This document shows positions 36,208-49,687 of a stretch of DNA of 64,000 bases, piece by piece (the stretch's first letter is position 1; every line of letters begins with the position of its first letter). The notes below the pieces were generated by a model, which worked only from the letters and a program-made list of their open reading frames with translations, made no database searches and was not told where the DNA came from. Where the stretch lies: NCBI GenBank assembly GCA_951406725.2, contig OX597816.1, forward strand, positions 175,274,001-175,338,000. The letters are read 5' to 3'. The translations under genes were made by a program, and so were the position numbers. Source of the stretch: Octopus vulgaris (Eukaryota).

Positions 36208-39200
36208 GTAATTAGAATAATAATCAGCTTTCCTATTTATATATTTTTTGCTTTGTTTCTTATTAAAAAGAGAGAAAAAAAAAACATCTGATTTCTGCTT
36301 TCCCCTCCGCCTCCGCCACATTCTGTTGTTTTGATGAAGGGAAACCCAGCCTCAGCCCAGAAGATGAGGCTTTTGGCCATCACAACATCTTCTTAAACAC
36401 TAAAAAACATTTTCAATAAATTAATAAATGAAAGCACACACAAAAAAAAAGAAAAAAGGAATACGAAAACAAACCAAAAAAGCCAGAAATCAAGCGAGAT
36501 TCGCCAATTGTGTTCTTCCCAGAAATGCCAAAACCCTTCATTCCACTCCATCCCAAAATCCTTTAATTAATACCATTTCTCTTCCATGGCCTTCTTAATA
36601 TTGCATCGTCTGCTATGATGGTCCTCTCCACATTATTGTTATTATTTTCATGATTTAATTATTTCAACAACATTCGTGTTTTAGTTCTGTTCAGCATTAT
36701 TTTTATGAAACCGAAACTATTTCCAATTAGTAAAGTAATTAATGACGGTTCATTAGTATTTTTAAGATCTTCATTTAATACTGAATGGGGAATTTCTTTC
36801 TCTAGTTTAGAAATAACCCCCAAGGACATCATGATAAATATTTATTTTCTAACTTCATTAACAACGATTACTAATTATCATCGAAAACCTTTTTTCTTTT
36901 TCTGTCGTCTAATTGCTATTTGAAAACAAATTTCAGAAATTAATCCTTTAGTCTATATCACGAGCCGAAGTGAACTTTGGCCCTTTCGGGATCGATAGAA
37001 TTAAATCCAAATCGAACACGACCCCCCCCCCCATGCGAAGACTTGGGGCAAAGTTCGAAGCCGAGATTCCCAGACTCTTACTTTCTGAGTTCGAATCTTT
37101 ACTGCGGTCGTCAATACTGTTTCGCTCCGTGTGTGTGTGTTATAATTATGCAAGATTTCCGTGTGACCATTCATTTTGTCCGAGTCCTACCAATTCGCAA
37201 GTTGCAGTTCTTCATGGCATTGGTTTAGTATGTCAAAGATCGGTTAAAATACAATGTCATTCAAGTGGGGCATTTAAATCATTATATATCCTTTCCTTGA
37301 ATTTCTGGGTTTTGCATCAGTGTCAGAAATCAAAGAAATCATTGCTGTTGTCGGTTTTTGGAACGAATGATTAGCAAGAAACGTTCGAAAGTCGTCCCAA
37401 AATTACTCGCAGTATCTGTTCCGGCTCTGTGGTTCCGAGTTCAAATACCGTCGACAGCAAATTTGTCTTTCATCCTTCCGAGGTCGATTATAGCAGTGCT
37501 GTACTTGGGTTGATAATATCGATTATTCCCCTCCACACAAATTACCATTATTGCCTCTGTGGCGGCCCAGGGCAGCATTCATGACCCTCTTCGTTTTCCC
37601 TAAGATCAGTGGAGGGAAACGAAGAAATTATCCTCAAATACTTGCATCTTTTTGTCTGATGTTAAAACCGGACGTCAGAGTGAAAGAGTATTATTGATAA
37701 TAATAATAATATTACTGATTTCTAACATCTAGTAAAATGTATCTTGTTTTATGCCTAACATGTTTTGTTGTTCTTCTTCCAAGTGGATGATGATAGGGGT
37801 AAGAAATAACAGGTTGAATTCCATATGTACCTGCATCTTCTTGCTCTTAAGACTCTGCAAGAGTGACGCAACGAAATGTCAAGTTTATATTTATTTTCCA
37901 TCGTCATTCGTCCTTCACCTTATAAAGTAGGTTGAAGGACAATTTGGATAGTTACACATTTATCGACCAACTAAGTCGAATTCTTACTTGTATTCTTTCA
38001 CCAATGTCTAATTTACCTCAGACAATATGGTTCTAATGTTTTAATCATTGTTATTTTACAAGTGCAGACTCTATTACCAAATACTGTTGGCACTGTCTTG
38101 GGTTTTTTTCTTCCTTTTTTTTTCCCTAAATATAAATGGATCGAGAACAACACATCCCACAAAGTGTCCTTCCTCTTTTAACACAGTAGGATCAAATTTG
38201 AGGGACATCTGGCTGCTGTTTTCAGCATGTCGAGTGATTTGCTGTGTAAAGGCCCGCTCAGAATCAGATACTGAGTATCTGGATAAATAGGTGTCAGCTA
38301 AATTTCGAAAGATCGCCATATATTATACATCCATTACGGCCCCGATCTGTGATGCGAGCAAACTAGGTTAACTGTAGATCAGCTATGATTGAGCAAGCTT
38401 ATTATCAGAAACATTCCAGCCATGACCAACTCATTTTTTTTTTTTGAATATCTACGAATACATTATCCTCTATGTACATTTTTTTTATAAGACTGTAGGA
38501 TGTAATTTGAGGAAATTTGGCTGCTGTTTCTAACAAGTCAAACGACTGTATCGGGGCTCCCTTGGCTCGTGATATTTTTTATACCAATATGTCCTTTAAG
38601 ACGGTATGGGTATGATTTTGAAGGAGCCTTGGCTGCTATTTTTAGCAGATCGAGCAACCAGATAAGGACTACCTTTAGTGTGTCTAAGAGGATATATTTA
38701 GTCTTCACCATTCCGAGTTCCTCCTTGTTATGAATTTTAAGTTTGTCCCCAAACACACCAAGAAATTTATGCCCAATTTTGTTTCCGCGATTAAACTAAT
38801 CTTCCTTTATTTCATTAATGGTTGTTGCTATTTTCGTATTTTGGACAAACAGAATTGCGACGCTATTTGCATTCTTCGCTTGCAATAATCTCAGGAAAAG
38901 CATCAATGGCACAACACACAGTCTCTTGAGATAAAGCTTCAGACCTCTGCTGAAGACAAATAAATCTAGAACTTGGTCATTTTATTTTGTCTTCTGTCTT
39001 AATTGTAATTCCTTTCACTTTGTATATCATTTTTAGTCCCTTAAGCTTTATATGTAGGAACTTAATTCTTGTTTTCGGTTTCTGTTTTTATCTTAATTTT
39101 TGTTGACGATTGGTGTTCTGTCAATCCAATTACTCTAATTTACTTCGTCCTCAATTAAACATGATTATGGTGTATTGTAGTGGGTAATTTCGCTGTTTTC

Positions 39201-39691
39201 TTCTAGAGACGAATCAGTTCCAATGGATAGCCAAAACACCGAAATCACCTCATCAGAACTGCTTGAGCAACTTCGAAAGAAAACATTTAACTTATTCAGT
39301 GTTAAACACACACACACACACACCTCCTTCATTGTATTTCATTTTATAATCAGCAGATCAGATACTATGAAAACTGGTTAAAACAAGATCAATAATAATT
39401 ACTAGAGTAGGTTGAGGAAATTTTACGTTTAATGCATTTATTTTGATGATGGATTAACCTTCTTGAATATGAATAACTCCTTTCATTTCTTACTGCCATT
39501 CAGTATTTCTTCATATATATTCGAAGTTGACCACTGTACAGACGTACACGCCCCGCCCCCCCCACAGTTAAATAAGATTCGAGTAAAAACCTCGTAGTTA
39601 TTGGTTATCTGGTGCCATCATACAGTGGAAATGTTCCTGCTACTAGATATACATCAGGAATTCCATAGTATCCATAGAGTTTATTTATATA

Positions 39692-40110
39692 AACGAGAGT
39701 GGCTGTGTGGTAAGTAGCTTGCTTACGAACCACATGGTTCCGGGTTCAGTCCCACTGCATGGCACCTTGGGCAAGTGTCCTCTACTATAGCCGTGGGCCA
39801 ACCAAAGCCTTGTGAGTGGATTTGGTAGACAGAAACTGAAAGAAGCCCGTCGTATATATGTGTGTGTGTATGTATATACATGTGTTTGTGCGTCTGTGTT
39901 TGCCTCCCCCCCCCCCCAACATAGCTTGACAACAGTTGCTGGTGTGTTTACGTCCTCGTAACTTAGCGGTTCAGCAAAAGAGTCCGATAGAATAAGTACT
40001 AGGCTTCCGAAGAATAAGTTCCGGGTTCGCTTTGCTCGTCTAAAGGCGGTGCTCCAGCATGGCCTTAGTCCAAATGACTGAAACAAGTGAAAGAGTAAAA
40101 AAGAGTAAAA
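39692..40110 (+). mobile_element. Family A SINE in PFK intron 1
   Basis: Matches the family consensus. Confidence 0.9.
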
Positions 40111-40405
40111 GATAGAAAATGAAAGAAGGGACTTCCTTTATTTAAAATCACTCCAACTCTTTCGATACTTTTGCACTTTTACTGTATTCAAGTGTTTCTT
40201 ATCCAAGTCCTAAAAGACCTATTCTCAGGTGATTGGTTGTTTTTTAGTAATCACCTGAGGCGGTGAAAATTTACACTTTGGATGTATGATAATGACTACA
40301 CAACTTTTCACCAACGTTCTAAAGGTGTAAAAATATGTTGAAACAATTTGAATGATTTTAAATGAAGTATGTCACTCATTCCATTCTCTGTCATATATAT
40401 ATTAT

Positions 40406-40770
40406 CATCATCATCGTTTAACGTCTGTTTTCAATGCTAGCACCAGGCTCCAGTCTGATCTGGCAGTGTTTCTACAGCTGGATGCCCTGCCTAATGCCAA
40501 CCACTCCGTGTGTGTAGTGGGTACTTTTTGCGAGGCTGGCAACGGCCACGATCAGTTGGTGCCTTTTACGTGCTATCAGCACAGAAGCACAGAAGCATCG
40601 GCCACATTCGGATGGTGCTTTTTACGTGCCACTGGCACAGGTATCACAACTGCAATTTCCATCTGATTTTTATTTTGATCTTGATGTACTTGACTCAATA
40701 GGTCTCCTCAAGCACAGCAGGTCGCCCTACAATCCAAGGTAAGCACAGCAGGCCGTCCTGCGATAGATGT
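40406..40770 (-). mobile_element. RTE LINE 3' end
   Basis: (CAT)n-cgtttaacgtc...gtttctacagctggatgccct..ctaatgccaaccactcc. Confidence 0.8.
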
Positions 40771-43700
40771 GTGTGTGTTAGTGGCATGATAAAAATTTGT
40801 GAGACATTCTAAAGATTCTGCATTTGAAATTCTTTCAATGAATATATGCTCACACTTGGTTGTGTGCATCTTCAAAGACTTCTGCAAAAGGTAATCATGT
40901 GCATTCACACACACACACACACCTATGTACTGTAGATACATGTTCACAGGGAACATAAGTGCAGGTGCAACTTCTACAAATATGCACACACTAACTGAAC
41001 CACATGTTTACAAACCCTGAGAACTGTCTTAACTCAAGGAATGTTGTTACTTTGTTAGCAAGTGACTTGAATTCCTGAAGAAGAACATAAATAGATATAT
41101 ATATATGCTATTGGCACCTTATACACATGCGCATTCACACATATGCAGTATAAGCTCACACTGTATGCACATATATTTATGTCTCTTACAACATAAAACA
41201 CACTTGTATACAGTCATCCACATGAGCGCATATACACATTACTGCTGGTAAAACATGCCATTTACAAAGTTTTGGATATATGTAGGTGTTAACATGTGCA
41301 ATAGATCTATTCACTAAGTCTTTTGGCACAGTGAATCAATAAAATGATATAGTTCTTGGTTTCTGTGACTACACACTTTGTAAAAAAAAGATAATCAAAA
41401 TTTGTCAGGATACTTCATGTCCCATGAAAACCGAAGACGATCATTATTACACAGTCAATTTTGGTTATGTAGCTCATTAGTTAAGGTTGTTTAAAGCATT
41501 TATCACACAAATGTATTTGTCATCAAAATCTTACAGTAATATGCTTAATCATGCAGATCTTCTTTGATATGATTCTGAGTGCCTTTAATAGTTCCTTAAG
41601 TACTGAGTTGCAGCATCATTTGTTGAATTAAAGTCTTTGGTCTACAAATCTCTCATTGTTGCTTTTTACAACAACTCATTCAATTAGTTGGATATGGATA
41701 TGTACTCTACATCTTTCTCAATCAATGTCTGCTAGTTTGAAAATTATTATCTCTTCAACTATTATCACATATTGTGATACTCTTGAGAATATGATAAATT
41801 CCCCGAACTGGTAACTGAGGTTTTTGTGAGACATCAACACCTAACACACAAGTAACACCAAATTTACTTCTGAGATCAAATGCTCCATGCCTTAAAACTT
41901 CTGACTAAAGAATGCAATTTAATGACTGTTGTTGGAACAGTATATGTAAAATTCCATAATGTGTGGGTTTTTTTCTTTTTCTGCAAGATTACCTGAAAAT
42001 AAAACACCGAATTTGAGCCAAAGCATTGACCTTAGCTTAAAAGAATGCTAGCTTTGTAAATGATGCTATTGTTAGAAAGAACGTCAAACAGGATACTATT
42101 TCAGCAACTTCTCGGAAGGAGTTTTTTGGCTGGGGTTGAATATAAACAGCAATACAAGTGAGATCAGGAATTATGGCGATATGTAAAATGGGTATTTGGT
42201 ATACTGAGTTGTATAAAGACTAGTCACTATTTATATATCATCTCTTCTCAGATTTAACACTTGGATGATTTCATGTCCCAACATTCTTTACACCTGTTAC
42301 TAATTTAACTCCAAATGCAAAACCCATTGATATAACTGTTTGAAAATATTCTATGAACAATTGCAAATGAATAAAACCTAATCAAAGAAGGCATCACGAA
42401 ACCAAGTAACTCCTCTTGAAGAGATCAGGTTACAAGAAGAAACAAGAATCAGAAAGAACACCTTGAAATTGGTTTCTCAACCATTGTCAGTATTTTATGA
42501 TCTTGATGTTTTTACCTGTTTGTCATTGACTAGTTACTAGTACATACTGTCAAGGAAGTTGTAATGCATACCAACTAACAACTACCACTGGCAGTTAAAG
42601 ACTGTCCTTAAACTGATTTTCAAGCTTTAGAGCCATTCTATCAGTCTACAGGACTTCTAGTTGCCTTCTGAATGCAATGACACATGTTTCCAACAAGTGA
42701 CAAAACACATCATCTCATTGAATAACCATAAATTCATCTATTTATGTAAGGATGACCTTATTCTGTGCTGTAATTCTATTGACCATCAAGCCAAAGATCT
42801 AAAGACATTTCTGTTTTGCACAAAAGACATATATTTTGAGGTAAACCAGTATCAATTTCCTTTGTTATTATGTTCAAGACCATGAAGTAACACCTGGTCC
42901 TGATAAGTTATTTCCTCTTAACAATCAGTAAAGTTCCAACTTCAAATAAGGAACCGGAAAAAGAAATATTGTTGCTAGTTTGTTACAGCAAATGAATGAT
43001 ACATTTTCTGATAAATACACCACTTTTCTCATTTTTCAAAAAGCTATTACTACTTTAAAAAATTATTGAGACTGGTACGGAAAATGCCTGACTTCACGCT
43101 ATTGACAACTCATAGATTGGCACCTCGGATTCTGCTCTCACTATAAACATTATCACAAGAAAATCCTATTGCTATTTCCTTTTGTACCCTTTCTAACAGT
43201 GAATAGTGGTATCATTTCTGTAACTCTTAAAACCTGCCATCATAATTTAAATAAGAATCTTTTGTACCTTCTTTAAAACATTTTAGTCCATTTACTGAAA
43301 CTTTCTGAATTCTCAATTATTTTCAAAGCAAACAAAAACTAAAAATAAATCTTAAAAATAATGCTTTACTAATTTATGCCTGTGAAAATATCATAAATTC
43401 TGCTGAAAAAATTCCTGAAATTGCTCTCTTTTCTCCCTACCAACAGACTACTTTCTCTTTCAAACTTTTACAAATGCATACGCTCTCTCTCTCACGTACA
43501 CATAAACAAACCTTGTGTTGATATGTGAATAAAAAAAAAAAAGGAAATGGAATGATCACAGCTGGAATACCTTGCTCCCAGGCAGCTTTTTATCAGAGCT
43601 GACCTAGAGCTAAACAATGTGTTGAATGCACACAAGGAAATTATTTTTCTGGATTAGTTTTGTAAGGTTCATTACTGGTTTAATATATCCTGTTAGTATA

Positions 43701-44012
43701 ATGAATTATCAATAAGACTGCATAAAAATGTGTTAATTAAGGAGATAATTAATTTGGCAAACAATTGTTTTGCACTGTGCATATTGACTTGAATTATTAT
43801 CCAATAATTTATTGGTAAAAATCTCTTGAAACTTCCTGAATCTACCAAATATAAGATCTACAAGTCACATAAGCTACTAATTAGTTGTAACAGTACCTCT
43901 TTAGTACTTTCTTTCCACAATGTTTAAGGCAAGTAGGTCTACCAGACTAATCCCTCTGCAAGTGCCATTGACAGGAGGATTTAAATACAGCAACAAAATA
44001 TTTATTTATTCT

Positions 44013-44060
<48 letters not shown>

Positions 44061-45404
44061 GGTTTTAAAACATGGCCGCTTGTTCTAGATTTCTTCATAT
44101 AATCTCACGTAGCACATTTCTCCTTTTTCATCTTGTTATTACACATTCACATTTCTGTGTGACACAATGAACTTCCTAAAACTATATTTATACAGGGAAT
44201 AGTTAATCAGGTTTTTCCCTTTTTTTTTTTTTTTTGCTTTGAGTATTAAAATAAATTTAAATGTAAATTCTAGAAAATGTATTATTGTATGTAACAATTT
44301 ATCTGATATTCTTCAAAACAGATTTACACCTTAATGGCCAACATAAAAAAAAAATGTTATTGCACAGAATATCATCATTTTAAGTAAGGTTGCATGTTTC
44401 ATTGAATACACCATGCAATTTAAGAAAAAATGAAATATTTGAATGGAAAAAGGGACAATAAAAGGACTTGTCTTACCCTTGCTTTTTTACAGGATTTCCA
44501 AGATAACCCTAAGTCATGAATTTACTACAGTGGAAAGGAACACAACCTAGATATTGATTTATGCTCTGTTTCCAGACCTGTTCCAAAATGCTTGCAACAT
44601 AGAATCCCCGAAAAACTGTGCTTTTAGTAAATTTAGAGCCAGATAGTGGTGTTAAATTGAGCAATGGATTAAGGCTCTCACCAAATGATAGCTGTAGTAG
44701 ATATTGATGCCAACGATTCATCAGGTTCTGTATATAACATCACATGTGGTGAAAGTCTAAAATGCATTAACCATGAAGAAATATCGATTGTTAATGATAA
44801 AATCTAATTCTAAGCATTGAAATGACTTTTATTGATGAATGTGGGTAATTTATGTTTAGCTCAAGTGATGTTTTAGTTAGCTTGATAATAACTATGGGAA
44901 TGTTTTAGGAGTTTGATGATGACTGTAAATAACAAATGCAATGTTGTATATTTATTTTTAATTATAATATCCCTTTTTAGACTGTCATTCAATTAAGTGT
45001 ATTTAGATTATTGAAGCATTTTATTTACAAATTGAATCCAGAAGTAAATTCAAAGTTTGTAAATCTGATAACTCAAATTTCTTTTTTTTTCTGTCATTTT
45101 ATTATTCATTTATTTTGTTTAATGGAAGTAACTGGACCCATGATCTAGAGTTATGTTCATCTTAGGGAAAACATGGGCAGGGAAGGAATTCCAGAGCCCT
45201 GACACTTTGTAGAAAGTGATTAATGTGAAACTTGGTTTGAGGAAAAACTATGGACGATGAGAGGAACTCATCTCAAGTGAGTTTTGGTGCAGGTGATATA
45301 CAACCAGCTTATTCTGAGGAGCTGAGGTCATTATATTATTAGAACACACCTGTGCTGTGTTTATGCAATGAGTGCGTTAATACTGCATCGACACAGGTAC
45401 TTTT

Positions 45405-45650
45405 TAAGTGGTGCCAGGACCACTTGAAAAGCACCCATGCCAGGGCTGCATCGAACACACCCATGCTGGTGCTGCGTAAATGCACCCAGTGCACTCTGTG
45501 AAGTGGTTGGCATTAGGAAGGGCCTCATCCAGCCATAGAAACCATGCCACAACAGACAGTTGGAGTCAGGACAGCTCCCTACAAGCCAAGTCCATGCCAA
45601 ACCATTCAATCCATGCCAGTATGGAGACTGGACATTAAACAATAATGACG
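45405..45650 (+). mobile_element. RTE LINE 3' end (older)
   Basis: gtggttggcattaggaagggc...aatccatgccagtatggagactggacattaaacaataatga. Confidence 0.7.
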
Positions 45651-46637
45651 GTAAAGGTAGGGTGAGGTGAGAGTGCATCTGAGTAAGAGGTTGAAATGTG
45701 TTGGTGAATGACTTGATGCCAATCAGTCAAATAGCTTTTTAGTGGGGTTGCAGGATAGGATGTTCAGGTGTGGAGCAGCAGGACTTCCAAGATGTGGAGT
45801 GAAATATTCTACTAAAAGCCTCACCTGGACTATGTAGAGTCAAAAACTGTGAGAAACCAAGTATTTTCTAGCTTTTAAGAAAAAAACTAGTATGCTTTAG
45901 TTTCCATATTTAAATAGTTAATCTTATTATTTAGCAAAGTGAACAATGTTTTAGCATAGTTGCAGTTTATCTACAATGATGATCTTTATTCCTATATCAT
46001 AGCTTAACTTGGGGATTAAATCAAAGCAAACTTATTAATTTGTCATTTGGCTTTGATGACTCTGATTTGTCATTCCCCTATCTTAAAATATATAAACTTT
46101 TTATGAGTGATACTAGGATAATCTCAAAGCTAAAAAAAATGACTGACTGCAAAGAATAAACTCGAGATATGGAGATTAAAATTATGACTAATTATGAATG
46201 CTCGCATGACTGTTAAGAACTCCATTTCACAACCATGGACCACACACTGGGAATGTTTTGCCTGAGTATTCTTTTGTTATTCTCACCTTCAAAAATGCAA
46301 TGAAATGGTGAGTGGCCTATTGAAAGTATGTCACCAATGAAACTGTCACTCACCAAAAAAAAAAAAAGAAAATGACCAACTATTAACTTGTCACCATCGT
46401 TTCAATAGTAGTGTCATGAAGGAAAGTAATTATTTTATTAATTGAAACAATTGCTCTCTAGTTAAAATCATATCATTTACCAATTCATTATTGTATATCT
46501 CTTAGTAAAAATATTATATATTTTATTTTGTTAAAAAAAAAAGAATTTGAGAAGTTCTATGAAAGAAGTTGGTGACTTGTATAGTGTCAGTAAAAGTAAG
46601 GCTTATGATGAAAATGTAAATGGAGTTTGGAAGTCTT

Positions 46638-47165
46638 TAGTTGATGTGGTGTGAAAGAAAGAAAGTTGTAAATATAGTCGAGCTAACGGTTCCTCACGAA
46701 GATAATATGGACGCCGCTCGAGCTCGAAAATTAAACCGTTATGAAAACCTCCTCGAGGAATGTGAAGACGCAGGGTGGAAAGCGGAACATTTTCCTATCG
46801 AAGTCGGATGTAGAGGGTTTGTAGGACACAGCGTGAGACGACTGTTGTTATCGCTAGGCCTAACTCATCGTAAAGTCAATACCACCATGACTGATATCCA
46901 ATCTACAGTGGAGAAGGCTAGCCACTGGATTTGGTTAAAAAGAGACGATGAGCGATGGCTAGAAGTATATTGAGTTTAATTTCATAACCAGCTGATCTAG
47001 CAAGCGGGGCCTCATATCAGTGAGGGGGGCCGGTGCGCATTGATGCCGTCGAGAGGTAGGCCCCGAAACAGCACGCATTCTCTCCTGATGACCCCATACA
47101 CTTGCTAGCTTCCGATATACGGAGCTTTTAACTGGTAGCACTTGCATGTGCAAGTTGTTTGCAAG
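46638..47165 (+). mobile_element. 5'-truncated restriction-like-endonuclease non-LTR retrotransposon (Hero/NeSL, R2 superfamily)
   Basis: Intact ORF VNIVELTVPHEDNMDAARARKLNRYENLLEECEDAGWKAEHFPIEVGCRGFVG...EKASHWIWLKRDDERW* is the REL endonuclease C-terminus; a GC-rich structured 3' UTR follows. Confidence 0.88.
46997..47108 (+). ncRNA. Candidate permuted (pseudoknotted) hammerhead ribozyme
   Basis: GUC 47048-50, GAAA 47065-68 and CUGAUGA 47085-91 with complementary stems I and III in non-circular order; see findings. Confidence 0.6.
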
Positions 47166-47533
47166 ACATCTTATGACCAATGGCATTCTAGTCCTGACCA
47201 TCCCACCTTTTCATCAAGTATTTGACTCTATTATCCCGTATATCTTTCCTTTGTTTAAGTTGGTGTGATTTGAGGGAGCTTTAGCTGCTATTTTTTGCAG
47301 ATTGAATGACTTAAAGTACCTGGTCTGGTAATACCTATATTTGTAATATTTTTTAAACTGAATTTTCTTTGTGGATGATTAAATATAATGCTAGGATTGA
47401 ATCTAATAATTCGATAATAAAGACAGCCATGTATTCAACATATAGTAGAAAAAATTAACTTTGTATTTATTTCATTGATAATTTTATAATTATGACTTTT
47501 AAAATTCAATTGTATTGTTCTTCTTCTTTAAAG

Positions 47534-47607
47534 GAATGAATGCAGCCGTCCGGGCTGTTGTCCGGATGGGAATATATCTAGGATGCAAAGTATATTTCAT
47601 CAAAGAG
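47534..47607 (+). CDS. PFK: PFK coding exon 2
   Basis: (G)[24 protein letters not shown]; aag| and |gtaagc; 74 nt. Confidence 0.96.
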
Positions 47608-48493
47608 GTAAGCAGCTACACATAGTTTCACATTACAAGGTACTCAAATATAAGGACATTTAGGTTTTAGATTGAAAATGATAGCATTTATTACTTACCA
47701 AGAAATTTAGATTTTACAAATGGTAAATTTGAGATATTCACTTGAATACAAATAGATTTAGTAAATTAAATTTCATAAAGAGAAATTTTAATTTATTCGT
47801 CACATGATGTATTGTTAAATTAGAAATCTCTGATTTAGAATTTCATTTCACAAAATCATCTTTTATTCTATTTGTTTCAAATATTACAAATGAAAATCTG
47901 GTTTGTGGGAGCCAAGCCTTATACTAAGGTATGACAGGCTTCCACCTCTTGAAGCCTTAATAAGATCAACTGTCAGATATTTATCACTATTCAAATAGTC
48001 ACTTTGTTAAATGTTTTCCTATTGCCAGGTTTTGTTATTTCCAGTATAATTACATCTGCTTCACTTGTAGACCAAAACTGTGTCTAATCTAATGGCTCAG
48101 TGTAGTTTCTTTGTTTATTTGCTGCATAAGGCTTTCTATTACACGATCAAAGTATTTCTGTTTTTGTGAATAAAGTGTTGATCTATGAAGTGTTACTGAT
48201 GAGTAATCACGTCCTACCATGTCTTTAGCATTTGCTTCAGTCAAGAAGACTAGCTCTGGCAGCAGAGAATAAAAGCAAAAGGAATAGACTCTCTTGATGA
48301 GGTGGCGGGGAGGGGGTGGGCTGCTCTGTTCTAATAGGAAATTAACTATTAGTGTAGTAATTGCAAAAGAATGTTTTGATTTACCATTAGCTGAATTCAA
48401 TTCTTACTTAAGAAATTGTATAAAACAAAGTTAAATTTATAAAACTTTCTGATGCTGTTTTTTTAAATATATATATTTTGTTTTGTGAAACAG

Positions 48494-48571
48494 GGGTACC
48501 AAGGAATGGTGGATGGTGGAGAGAATATTGTGGAAGCAACTTGGGCACAGGTGTCCGGAATGATGAATCTT
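48494..48571 (+). CDS. PFK: PFK coding exon 3
   Basis: [26 protein letters not shown]; cag| and |gtacgt; 78 nt. Confidence 0.96.
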
Positions 48572-49189
48572 GTACGTATTTCTTTTTGCCTTTCTTTGTG
48601 TTTCAAAGGATTCTTACTGATAACTAATATAGGCTGAGTAACAAGGCAAGCAAGCTGGCAGTCATTAGCACACCAGGCAAAATGCTAAGTGGCATTTTGT
48701 CTTTTTTTTCCATATTCTGAGTTCAAATTCTGCCGAGCTCGGCTTTGTCTTTCGTCCTTTCGGGGTCAATAAAATAAACACCAGTTGAACACTGGGGTCA
48801 ATGTAATCAACTTATACCCTCCCCCGAAATTGCTGGCCTTGTACCAAAACTTGAAATCAATATAGATTAAGTAATATTAGAGATGTGATCTAAAAAGAAT
48901 CTTATCAATCACATTCCTACAAGTAACCAGTTGTTAGCTTGGTTAAGGAAGCTTGGTATAGAATGCAAAAGAACAGGAAGGTTTAGACTTAAAGATGTTA
49001 ACCCTTTTGATAGCAACCCACCTGAGACAACTCTCAATTCTATGAGACAAACTCATTGTTTTAAAGTGGTCACATTTAAAGCCATTCATTAAAATTTCAC
49101 GTTAATTGATGTTCCAAATGCCAGCTTAATAATGACACGGTTATTTTACTAAATTATTCCTTACTTTAAAAATAAATTGAAACATATAC

Positions 49190-49261
49190 TCCTCGGTAGT
49201 ATAGTGGTAAGTATCCCCGCCTGTCACGCGGGAGACCGGGGTTCGATTCCCCGCTGGGGAG
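49190..49261 (+). tRNA. tRNA-Asp(GTC), full length
   Basis: TCCTCGGTAGTATAGTGGTAAGTATCCCCGCCTGTCACGCGGGAGACCGGGGTTCGATTCCCCGCTGGGGAG: 72 nt, intact cloverleaf, anticodon GTC at 49223-25, no encoded CCA. Confidence 0.93.
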
Positions 49262-49275
49262 GCATCTTAATTTAT

Positions 49276-49687
49276 AGGCGCAGGAGTGGCTGTTTGGTAA
49301 GTAGCTTGCTAACCAACCACATGGTTCCGGGTTCAGTCCCACTGCGTGGCATCTTGGGCACGTGTCTTCTGCTATAGCCCCAGGCCGACCAATACCTTGT
49401 GAGTGGATTTGGTAGACGGAAACTGAAAGAAGCCTGTCGTATATATGTATATATATATAAGTGTGTGTGAATATGTTTGTGTGTCTGTGTTTGTTCCCCT
49501 AGCATTGCTTGACAACCGATGCTGGTGTGTTTACGTCCCCGTCACTTAGCGGTTCGGCAAAAGAGACCGATAGAATAAGTACTGGGCTTACAAAGAATAA
49601 GTCCCGGGGTTGATTTGCTCGACTAAAGGCGGTGCTCCAGCATGGCCACAGTCAAATGACTGAAACAAGTAAAAAGAGTAAAGAGAA
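49276..49687 (+). mobile_element. Young family A SINE 14 nt downstream of tRNA-Asp
   Basis: Full-length aggcgcaggagtggctg...gagtaaagag. Confidence 0.92.

Noticed and set aside
38953-38995. Hairpin gaagacaaataaat / attttattttgtcttc near ctgaaga
   Set aside because: AT-rich and imperfect, with no complete ribozyme core.
41400-43300. Coding-like composition suggesting an ancient TE ORF
   Set aside because: I could not recover any diagnostic motif in the frames I read.
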